Assembly (NCBI RefSeq): GCF_009914755.1
Contig: NC_060928.1
DNA length: 64,000 nucleotides
Origin: the human T2T-CHM13v2.0 reference genome, Homo sapiens
Strand: one strand, 5' to 3'
The notes under the pieces: generated by a model
What the model saw: only the letters and a program-made list of their open reading frames with translations
Told to the model about the DNA's origin: nothing
Databases searched by the model: none
Part shown: in pieces, positions 27,590 through 39,875 of the stretch
How positions within the stretch are numbered: the first letter of the stretch is position 1
Layout of the letters: every line of letters begins with the position of its first letter
Position numbers and translations under genes: made by a program

Positions 27590-30500
27590 TTCCCCATTCT
27601 GATCCATTTATTGGTAATTTGTGCCTTCTCTTTTTTATTTATCAGTTTTGCTAGGGATTTATCCAATTTTATTAGTATTTTCAAAGAATCAACTTTGATT
27701 TTATAGGTTTTCTTTAGTATGCTTTAAATTTCTGCTTTCATTTTCTTCTACTTTCTTTGGGTTTATTTTTCCTTTTAAAAAATCTTTGGCGGGTATTAGA
27801 GTGTTAGTTTTCAGCTTTTTTCCTTTTCTAATATATGCATTTAAGACTATAAATTTCCCTCTGTGCCTTGAGCCACATCCTGCATTTTTGATGTGATATT
27901 TTTACAATCATTCAGTTAAAAATATTTTCTATTTCCTCTATAATTTCTTCTTTGACCTTTGGGTTATTTTAAAGTTTGGTTCTTTTCAATAACAATGTTT
28001 TTATTGATTTAGTTATACTAAAATCAAAGAATATGTTCTATATGATTTTAGTATTTTGATACAGATTGAGATTTGCTTTGTTATTCATTATATGGTCAAT
28101 TTCAGTAAGTATTCCTTGCGTATTTGAAAGTGTTATGAATTGTACAGTTGTTGAGTGCTGTGATAATATGTATATGAATTGGATCAAGTTTTTAAACAAT
28201 TTTTTTCTGTATCTATTGATTTTTGTTTGCTTGTTTTATCATTTATTATGTTAATCTCCCACTAGGATTGTGGGTTTGCCTGTCATTGTAATTGTTAGTC
28301 TTTTGCTTTATGAATTTGAGACTGTTATTATTTACATAAAATTTGGAATTTAAAAACTACATGGTGGCTCAACTCATCACTATAAAATGTCCTTTTTTTC
28401 TTTTTTGTCTTTAAAAATCTCTGGTGATACCTCTTACTTTTGAAGTCTGTTTTATCTGAATGGATAGCTATGCCAGCTTTTTGGGTGGAATATGCATAGT
28501 ATATATTTTTCCACTCTCTTGCTTTCAATACTGTGTTCTTATATTTAATGTGTGTCTCTTTTAAGTACAATATGGTTAAATAATGTTCCCCACAACTCTC
28601 TTAGTTGTCATATTTTAGTCATTTATATTTAAGTAATTGCTTATACTTTGGGATTATATCTAAATCTTACTATTTTCTGTTTGTCTCATCTGTTGTCTCC
28701 TTTTCATATGTTTTGCATTAATCATTTTTAAAATTTTTATTTGATTTTTAGAGACGCTCTCACTCTGTCACTCAGGTTGGAGTGCAGTGGCACAATCATA
28801 ACACCTATCATAACTCCTAGGCTCAAGCAGTCCTCCTGCCTCTGCCCCCTGAGTGGCTGAGACTGCAGGCACATGCCACCTTGCTGGACTACTTTTTTAC
28901 TTTTTGTAGAGATAGGGTCTTCCTGTGCTGCCCAGGCTACTCTGGAACTCCTCAAGCTATCCTTCTACCTTGGCTTCCCAGAGTGCTGGGATTACTGGGC
29001 TAATCATATATATTTTTTTAATTCCATATTTTTAACCCATCTATTAGCTTGTTATAATTTTTAACTTATTCTCTCAGTTGTTGCTTTATTATGACATGAA
29101 TTCATAACTTACTGTACTAATAGTAAATTATACTTTACCATGGCCTGGATAACACAAGGACCTTAGAATGCTAACTTCATATATCTCTTTTTGCTGTTGC
29201 CATGCATTTTAATTGTACATATATTTTAAACATCACAAGACATTCCTATTGTTGTTTTGTGAAGTCAGTATTCATTTAAACTTACCCTTATTTCCCCTTC
29301 AGGAGCTCTTCCTCATTTCCTGCAGTTCTTTGCTTATTTCTAGAGTCTTTTTCCTTCTGCCTGAAGAATTCCTGTTAGTATTTCTTTTAGTGACAATCTG
29401 CTGTAAACCAGTTCTCTCAGATTTTGATTGTTGGAAAGCATCTTTATTTCACAATCATTTTTTGAATGTGTTTTTCCTCTAAATGTAGAATTTTAAGTTA
29501 CCAGCTATTTACGTTTGGCACTAATGATGTCATTTCATTGTCTTCTGGTTTCCATTGTTTATGCTGAAATGTCAGCTGTCAACCTGATTGTACTTACTTG
29601 AAGGTAATGTGCCTTTTTAAAGAGTTTCATCTTAGGTTTTCAAGAATTTTACTGTTATATGACACATTGAAATTTGTGGATTTCTCTGTATGTATCCTTG
29701 GAAGGTGTAGGGCTTCGTGAATGTATGGTTAGATGTCTGTTGACAGTTTTGGAAAAATCCTTGGCTAGTATCTAAAAATATTGCTCTGTTACAGTCTTTC
29801 TTCTTTTCCTTTAAGACTCTACTTATGCAGTGCTAGACCTTTCACTAGAGCCATTATGTCTCCTTAGTTCTTTATTTTTCATTTTTTCCCTCTCTTTGCA
29901 TTAGTATGAGCATTTTTTACCAGTCTTCCTGCTCACTAATCTTTTATTCTACTGTATTTAACCTGTTGTTAAGTTCATCCTATTTAAAGTCTCATTAGTT
30001 ATATTTTTCAGTTCTAGAATTTTTATTTCATTCTTCTTTATGGATTCCAGTTCTCTGTTAAAATCTTCAACCTTGTCTTCTCTTTCCTTGACATAGTAAA
30101 TAGTAATCATTAATACTTTAAAGTCTGTTTCTGGTAACTCCATTACCTGGGTCACCCGTTAGGTCTGTTTCTATTCTGTTTTGTTTTGATCATTTGGTCC
30201 TGTTTCTTGGTATGCTTGATAACTTTTGGTTCATTGCATACACTGTGAATTTAAAATTGTAGTGGCTAAGGTTGATGTTGTCTTCCTCTACAGAGAATTT
30301 GTTTTTCTTCTGGCAAGCTGTTAGAGAGCAATACCCATCACCTAGACCAAGGCTAGGATTAAGATGATTCTAGATTGGTTGTAAAGACTGATCCGTTTCA
30401 TTTTTGCCCTTAGACTGGGGCATATTCCTCCAGGAGCTTCCATTGAAAGCCTAGACTATTTACCAGGGTTTCTCCTCAGCAGGCCCTCAACTCCATTTGT

Positions 30501-30800
30501 TGCTGTGTTGTTATTTTGGGGTTCCTCAGCGCTATGAGGCTACTAGAAGCTCTGCTTAGTTTTTAGCCTCTTAGTTACCTCTTTCTGCTCGGCTCCTAGA
30601 CCTTTTGCTGCTCATAGCATAGCTATTGGCAAATCCCTGGAAAGAGTGGTGACGAATATTCAGCTCACTTCATTGCATTTCCCCTCTCTCCAGGATCTTG
30701 GCCCCCTCAAGTCCTGAGTGCCTTGGTTCCTCTTTGATGCCTTTAAAAAGCTGGGCTTTTGTTTGTTTGTTTTCTGGCTTGTTTGTTTGGAAGGAGGTTG
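27590..30800 (-). mobile_element. Old L1M fragment with ORF1 and ORF2 endonuclease remnants
   Basis: ORF 28328-28570 (LKETH..WKNIYYA..KAGIAIHSDKTDFK) resembles the L1 endonuclease N-terminus; ORF 29958-30155 resembles the ORF1 coiled coil; T-rich + strand. Confidence 0.8.
28735..29000 (-). mobile_element. AluJ nested in L1
   Basis: Diverged reverse dimer. Confidence 0.85.
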
Positions 30801-31406
30801 GTCTGATACGTGCTACTCCAGTTTAGCCAGGGTTTGTACAAAGTTAACCTCCTTAACCTTTTTCACATTTTATGTTTTCATGTGCTAAAGAGTAAACAGT
30901 TTAAATGAGGCAACTTGGCTAAAGAATTTGGTACAGTATGTGTCCATGTGCTTTATTCCTTTTATGTCAATAAATAGCAACATTTTTAAAGCAGGAGATG
31001 TATTTCCTATCCTATTTGTCCTGTAGCCCATAGACACAGGCTTGTTCACTGAAGAAATACCCTAAAATATTACTACATTTATATAAGAGGAATTTTCTTT
31101 TAGCCTAAGAAATATTTGTAGAACAAACCAAAAAAACAGAGATATTAGACTATTTTTTTCTCCCTGTTGCTTTCAGTTTTTGTTGATTGAGGTGTTTTGA
31201 AATATATTTTTAGAGGTTATAAATGAATCTAAATCTAAAATATTACAATATCTTTTGAGAACTTGGGCTTTTTAACTTTGTTGCTTTTATCCCAGAGCTT
31301 TTGCTAACAGTGGCTTACTTTTTAAACTGCTTCTCAGTTTACTCATCTGTAAAGTGGCAGCAATTGTATTACCTAACTCAAAGGATTGTGAAAAGCATTA
31401 AATGCT

Positions 31407-31782
31407 ATATATTAGTCTGCTTTGGTTGCCATAATAAAATATCATAGACTGGGTGGCTTAAATAACAGAAATAGATTTTCTCTTTGTTCTGGAGTCTGGA
31501 AAGTCCAAGATCAAGGTTCTGGACAATACAGGCTCTGGTGAGGGCTCTCTTCCTGGCTTGCAGATGATCACCTTCTTGCAGTACCCTCAGTGTGTGTGCA
31601 TAGAGGCTGGAGGAGGGAGATAGCAATCTTAAGACCACCAGTCCTATCAGGTTAGGGCCCCACCCTGATGACCTTACTTAACTTTAATTACTTTCTTAGA
31701 GGCTCCATCTCCAAATATAGTCATACTGAGAGTTAGGGCTTCCGCATATGAATTTTAGGGGTCACAATTCAGTCCACAGCAT
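31407..31782 (-). mobile_element. MLT1 LTR inserted into a MIR (MIR halves ~31330-31405 and ~31790-31850)
   Basis: tatattagtc..catagactgggtggcttaaa..aagtccaagatcaagg..acaattcagtccacagca; MIR core on both sides. Confidence 0.78.
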
Positions 31783-31890
31783 ACTGTATTACATAAAAGC
31801 ACTTAAAATAGTACCTAGCACATGGTGATTACTTAATAAATGTGGTTGTATGGTAAAGATGATTCTAACCATTCTTTTTTTGTTTTGTAG

Positions 31891-32471
<581 letters not shown>

Positions 32472-32583
32472 TGAGTTATTTTATGTTGATGTGCTTTGTG
32501 TGCCCAGTACCAGATTTGTGTTGTTTAGAACATGAAAATAATCCCTTTGCTTGTTTTTAGTTGTAATTTAAAAATATTTGGGG

Positions 32584-32587
<4 letters not shown>

Positions 32588-32631
<44 letters not shown>
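32588..32631 (+). repeat. (TG)22 microsatellite
   Basis: Read directly. Confidence 0.98.
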
Positions 32632-32633
<2 letters not shown>

Positions 32634-35109
32634 TGTGTGAATGCAAGAGAGAAAGCCCCTGAGTGTTTCATACATTTTAACAGCTTAGTCATCTCTAGTT
32701 AACATTATGTCTTGGGAGCAGGCTATGACAATTGTCATTGCAGTACTAATACCTCTAATTTTTAATAAATTGTTTTCTTTCTAAATTTATTTTTTATGTC
32801 TCACATGGTTCTCTGCATTTCTCTAGATAAAATTAGCTATGAATTGTATTCTAAGGGAAGAAAATTAGGAAAGAAATGCATTATTGCTGTCTATATGCTT
32901 AAGGGAAGTACATCATGAGGGTAGTTGCCAGTGACTTAAACCATTCTGAACTTAAGAACAGCACTTTTTATCATCTCTGGCGGAATTTTGCTGTGGCATA
33001 TTTCCTATGGTGAATATGAAGGAATTATATCCTTCTATGGAATCATTTGATGCTATTACTTTATAAAATATACCCAGTTTTTACATGTATAGTCTTTTGG
33101 GAGGGTATGGTAAAGGATATATTTTAAAATTTATACGGTTTTGCCCTCAAGTTAGAATCTACATTCTAGAGAGTTGGATCATTGGAAAGTGATTAGATAT
33201 TCAAGCACTTAAATGTCTCATTGTCGATTGGGACCAATTTTGTTGATGGATTGGCTGTTAATAGTTCCTGGGTTACTAAGGCTGTATATTAGAATCACAT
33301 GGCTCTCCTCCCAGAAATCCTGATCCTGGGATAGCCTGGTAATCTTTGTTTCTAACAAGTACTTCAGGTGTTACTGATGTAGCTATTGGATTGGTGTTTA
33401 GGAATTACTAAACTAGATCATGTAATAACATGGTTTTCAAATAAAAGGCATTCTGTATTTTTGTGGAATATTTAAGACATATTTTAAAAAAAGATTTTAA
33501 AGACCAGTAGTATAACAAACATCTCTGTATCCCCTACTCATTTTAAGAAATAAAAGATTACGTGTAAACTGGAACCCCTGTTTTTGCTCCTCTGATTCTG
33601 CTCCCTTTGGTAACCACTGTTCTGAATCTGACGCTTATCATTCTCATGCATGTTTTTATACTGTTATTACATATGTATGAGTCCATGACAATATGTAATA
33701 TTTTATATATTTAAAAATGTTACATAATATTGGAGTTTCTTTGTACAACTTATGTTCATCCAACATTACGTTTTTGTGATTTCTAGATTATATACTTTAG
33801 GATTACCTTGTTAAGTCCTATGAAAAACACTTTGGGAATTTATTGGAATTTCGTTGATTTCATTTGGGGAAGATTGGCCTACTGTGCTCTTGAGCATAAT
33901 ATTATTTAGTGCACTTTTAAGTTTCTCCATACAGCTCCTGCACTTACTAGATTTATTTCTAGATAACTGGTTTTTATTGTATCCTTTTAAAAGTTACATT
34001 TTGTTACAGTTGCTCTTGGTTAAGAGAGCATTGCCTTTTTTCTAACAACTGTGCTGAATTCTCCTTACCAGTTTGGATATAGACGTTCTTTACTGCTTGT
34101 TATATCAGCTGTGATGCAGTGTTCTTTTTTCTAAACTCAGCACAGAGGTACATGTCCCTCTTCTAGCCAGAAATGGAAATGGAGCTAAGAGTTTTGGAGA
34201 GTAAAATGTAGTAGATAAGTAATATGTACCAGCAATATTATTTAGGCACATGATTTTTTTGATCCTCGTAGTAACCTTAAAATGTATTAATACATAGGTA
34301 AGATTTTAATTCTACTCCATATGCGATGAAACTGAGGCCCCTACAAGTTAAGTGCCTTGTGTTAGAACTAGAAAATAGAGGCATTTGACATGAAAGGCAA
34401 AATTCACTATTTAAAAGACACTATGAATATGTCTTCTCCATCCATACTCCCCCTCACCCTGCGCTAACCTTCCAGCATTTCATCTTGCAATGCAGCAACT
34501 GCCTCCTGACTGGTCACCCCCTTCAGTCCATTGTCTACAGAAAGGGATCTTTTAAGATGCAGACATGATCCTCTTGTTGTCCTACTTTTCCCTACTCTTG
34601 AGAAGTCCTCTAGAGAGGTCTGCACATTCTGGTCCTTTCCTCCCTTTCCAACTTCCTTTGTACTCTTGCATGCTTTGTGTGCTTGAGTTCTCTGGAAACA
34701 TTCCATGCACGTTTCCTCTATCTGTACCTGTTTCTCCTCCCTCTTTGTCTAGCCCACTCTTATTTATCGTTTGTGTCTAGCACATGGTCATTACTTAATA
34801 AACTAAGTAATTGTGTGATGGAGGTCAGTTTCATTGGGAAACCTTTCTTGATACCTCCTACTTCACACATATCTCCCTACTCTGCTTGGGGAGGTTAGGT
34901 CTCATTTCCCATAGCAACCTGAATTTCTTTAGAATGTTCTTCACACTTATAATGATTGTTCTGTTGGTCTTCTCTGCAAGATAGTAAATAAAGCTCCATG
35001 AGGGCAGGGACTATGTGTATAATTAACATCTCTATTTTTAGCAACAAGCATAATTTGATAAATTTTTGCTGTTAAATGGTGATGCTGATTTTTAATTTAA
35101 TATCGTCAT

Positions 35110-35206
35110 TTGGCCACGCTGGTCTCGAAGTCCTGACCTCAGTTGATCCACCTGCCTTGGCCTCCCAAAGTGCTGGGATTATAGGCGTGAGCCACTGAGC
35201 CCAGCT
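35110..35206 (-). mobile_element. Alu left-arm fragment
   Basis: ttggccacgctggtctcgaa...gtgagccactgagcccagc. Confidence 0.85.
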
Positions 35207-35214
35207 CAGTATGG

Positions 35215-36148
35215 TTTTTTCACCATACTAATTTCTTTTTGGTGAGTACATTTAAAATCCACCCCTAGCCTAAGCAACATAGCAAGACCCCGTCTTAATT
35301 TTTTTTTTTTTTAATTAGCGAGGCATGGTGGCATGTGCCTATAGTCCTACCTATTCAGAAGCTAAATCAGGAGGATCACTTGAGCCTAGGAGGTCAAACC
35401 TGTAGTGAGCTATCATCATGTCGCTGCACTCCAGCCTGGGTAAGAGAGAGACTCTGTATCAAAAAAAAAAAAAAGAACCCACTTTTTTAGCAATTTTGAA
35501 ATATACAATGTATTATTAACTATAGTCACCATGCTGTGCAATAGATCACCAAAACTTACTACTTCTAGCTTAAGGTTTGTACCCTTTGACCAGCATTTCC
35601 TCTGTCCATGTTCACCCCTCCCTGCAGCCCCTGATAACCACCATTCTAATTCTACACTCTACTTTTATGAGTCTATTTTAGATTCCACATGTAGTGAGAT
35701 TGTGCAGTATTCGTCTTTCTGTGCCTGGCTTATTTCACTTAACAATAATGTCCGCCAGGTGTCACAAGTGACAATTTCCTTTTTTAAGGCTGAATAGTAT
35801 TTAATTTGAAAAAAATGTTCAACATAAGTAATCATCAGGGAAATGCAAAAACTGCAGTAAGATATACCTTTCACCTGTTAGAATGGCTGTTATCAAAAAG
35901 ATGAAAGATATCAAGTGTTGGCAAGGATGTAGAGATAGGGGACAGCCATTTTGGAAGACAGTATGGAGGTTCCTCAAAAAATTAAAAATAGAACTACCAT
36001 ATGATCCAGCAGTCTCACAACTGGGTATATGTCCAAAGGAGGTCAAATCAGTGTGTCAAGGAGATGTCTGCACTACTAAGTTCACTGTGGCATTATTTAC
36101 AATAGCCAAGGTATGAAGTTAACCTGAGTGCTCTTCAGTGGATGAATG
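35215..36148 (-). mobile_element. L1MA-type 3' end with an inverted 5' segment
   Basis: Minus-strand 3' end up to ~35800, then plus-strand ORF2 C-terminal sequence (KTVWRFLKKLKIELPYDPA) to ~36148. Confidence 0.8.
35266..35475 (+). mobile_element. 5'-truncated AluJ inside an L1
   Basis: tagcctaagcaacatagcaagacccc...gactctgtatc plus A tail. Confidence 0.85.
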
Positions 36149-36149
36149 T

Positions 36150-36281
36150 GTAGAAATGCAAATTCTTAAACCCTTCCACAGACCTACAATACTGAATCAG
36201 ACTCTGGAGATGGGGACAGACATCTGTGTTGTAACAAGTTCTCCAAGTGAAACTGATACTGCAAAAGTTTGAGAACCACTG
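36150..36281. mobile_element. MER5A fragment
   Basis: tagaaatgcaaattct..tactgaatcaga..aaagtttgagaaccactg. Confidence 0.75.
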
Positions 36282-37399
36282 GTTTAAGGTATCCAGGCAA
36301 GTCATCAAGTCCGATTGTCTGGATGAAGTTGTCTTGAATTCAGAAGAGATGCTAATGAGCTAGTCTTTTAAATCCTCCAGCATTTTTAATTTTGCATGTT
36401 TGGATACAGATAGAAAATTGCTCTTTCCAGAGTTTTCCTTCTGATATTCATTAAGATGAGCCCTCTAACAAGATGGGATAAGTTGTCTTTAAGTGGGCGG
36501 GGAAGTTGGGGAGAAGTCTATGCTTTTGTTATTCGGCTCAGTGCAAGTTTTGGAATTGTTCTTTAGAGTGTACTATCTCTATCTCTTTGACAAAAGTAAT
36601 ATTACGGACGGGAATAATTGTTGCTTTTCCTTAACCTATGCCATTTATTTTCTTATAAATAAAACAGTGTAAAAAAATGGTAGTGGGGAAAAACAAATTT
36701 ATGAAAACACTTTGCTACAACTTGTGTTTATTATAGTTAACAATGACAAATGTGCAAGGAGAAAAACCTTCCTTTTGTTGAAATTTGCCACTTTGACCAT
36801 TGCTGAAAAATAGATCTTTGGGAAAGTAGAAAATGTTAGGAATTTCTTTTTCTGCAAATGTGTGAATACTTACAGGAAAGAGAAAGTTCGTGGAGCTTCT
36901 GAAGACTATGTCCCTGCTGATGATTTAACAGGTGGACTGTTTACTTGGACTTTTACTAGCCTTCAGAATCAGGGCTACTTATTAGTGGTTGAATTAAATG
37001 TAGGGTTTATTCTTTCTTACCAGAGTAAATGCTGACAGTGGTTAAGCAAGCAATCTAACTGTGGTATTGAGAAGACCATTCAGTTGCTATCTTCTGCTAT
37101 TAAAAATGCCTTAATGGAGATTACCTGCCATTGGCCATTTTTTTTTTAATGTTTTTCACATGGTTCTTGAAAATTATCTTCTGCACTTTGAACTTAATCA
37201 GCTTGAAAGGGCATATTAAATCTGAGCTTGAAATTCTGAGATTTCAGTTTTGATCTTTAAGGCATTAGCTTCCAGGTGCTTTCATTTTCAGCATGATGGC
37301 TGCCAGCTGTTTAAAATTCACGTAAAATCCTCTTCACCTGTTGACTGAATGCATGTTTTCACTCTTTGGCTGCCTCAGTCACTGTGTAATTCGTGTCTT

Positions 37400-37690
37400 G
37401 GTAAATTTTACCTTGAAGAGAAAGTCTTAAAATTATAGAAATAGAGGACAGATTAGTTCTCACCAGGGGCCAAGAAGAGGAAAGAGGGGAAGGGGAGTGG
37501 GTGTAGCCATAAAAGGGCAAAGTGAGAGATCCTTGGGGTGACGGAAATTTTCTGTATCTTGACTGTATCAATGTCAATATTTTGATTGTGATAATTTTGT
37601 AATATTCTGTGATAGTCTGTAATATTCTGATTCTGTAAGTAGGATTTCTCTGTTATCCTTAAAACTGCATGTGAATCTACAATTACCTTG
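37400..37690 (+). mobile_element. L1ME/MD 3' fragment
   Basis: cagattagttctcaccagggg..gagatccttggggtgacggaaa..actgcatgtgaatctacaatta. Confidence 0.65.
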
Positions 37691-37836
37691 ATTTAACAAA
37701 TGGTTTTCTGTAAAAAAAAAAAAAAAAAAGCAGCTAGTTCAGCTCACACTGGTGCTCTTTGTGCACTTTTCATTTTGTCACACAGAATATTAAAAAGACG
37801 AGAGGAAATGTAATAAAATTAATATTTTATAAAACA

Positions 37837-38128
37837 GGCTGGGCGTGGTGGCTCATGCCTGTAATCCCAACACTTTGGGAGGCCAAGGCGGGCGGATCAC
37901 GAGGTGACCATCCTGGCTAACACGGTGAAACCCCGTCTCTGCTAAAAATACAAAAAAAAAATTAGCCGGGCGAGGTGGCGGGCGCCTGTAGTCCCAGCTA
38001 CTCGGGAGGCTGAGGCAGGAGAACGGGTGAACCCAGGAGGTGGAGCTTGCAGTGAGCCGGGATCGCGCCACTGCACTCCAGCCAGGGCGACAGAGCAAGA
38101 CTCTGTCTCAAAAAAACAAACAAAAAAA
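37837..38128 (+). mobile_element. AluY with a short deletion in the B-box region
   Basis: ggatcacgaggt^gaccatcctggctaacacgg; ggagcttgcagtgagcc. Confidence 0.9.
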
Positions 38129-38129
38129 T

Positions 38130-38786
<657 letters not shown>

Positions 38787-39703
38787 TGTGAATGTGTTTT
38801 TATATGACATGTGTGTGGTAACAAAAAACTTCAGTCTAGTTCAAGTTTTTTTTAAGTTTTTAAATATTTGGGATTAATTAGCAATAATATTAACTATAAA
38901 AATTAAAATAAGGCATTATGCCGTGTGTTCCTGCGTGTCTAAATTTCTTTTTATTCAGACATTTAAAGCACATGATAAACTAACTCCTCAGGAACTGTGC
39001 CTGCCCCAGAAGGTTAGCATGTAATTACAGCACTGTATTCTAAATTGAATAGAGGTGTGGACAGAGACTGCGACTAACTCTTACACACTGGATAGAGGCT
39101 GCAGCTAACTCTTACACACCCAGGAGTCACCACAGAAAAGCTTGCTCACTCTGACACATATAACACATGGTGTTGCAATCTGTGTGGTGATGGGATATAT
39201 GTGTATGTTTCAGTGCAGAAAGGACTTAAATCAGTTTACAGGTTTTGGACATACAATAAAATAGAAAAGAATTACTAATAAAATAGACCAGGGAAAATAC
39301 AATGAAAGATCAAGACTGAGAAAAACTAGCACAAAGGTGTTCCATAGGAGTTACTATAATACAAATATACTATGTATATTTGTATAACTATAAACAAAAA
39401 TAACTATCGTTATTATATGTTTGTAATCCTAGTTTGCATGTTTCTCGTAATAGTTTTGGTGTAGGGGAGAGGTGTATGTATTAATAGCTTGGAGATGAAG
39501 GAAGAAAGTTTTAAGAGTTAGGAGATACAAATCAGCTTTTGCGCTTGAAGGTTGGGTTCCGGGCAGAGCCACTGAGGCGGTTGCAGAGGCTTCTGGCAGG
39601 AGGGGTGCCTTAGGGTGGGGTGGGTGCCCTCTGGCTTTTGCAGTTGCTCTTCCACAGTCCTCTCAGGGCTTCATTCTTCAGTCTACATGGAAGTTCTTTT
39701 TTG

Positions 39704-39875
39704 GCTTTTTGTTTTGGTTTGTTTTTTTGAGACGAGATCTGGCCCTGTTGCTCAGGCTGGAGTGCAGTGGCGCAGTCATAGCTCACTGCAGCCTCAAACT
39801 CCTGACTTCAAGGCATCCTCCCACCTCAGCTTCTCAAAGTTCTGGGATTACAGGCATGAGCTACCATGCTCAGTC
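39704..39875 (-). mobile_element. Free Alu monomer (FRAM/FAM-like)
   Basis: Single monomer with 16-bp TSD tggaagttcttttttg at 39688-39703 and 39876-39891. Confidence 0.85.

Noticed and set aside
28328-30155. ORFs resembling an endonuclease and a coiled coil
   Set aside because: Short decayed L1 ORF2/ORF1 remnants with no intact reading frame
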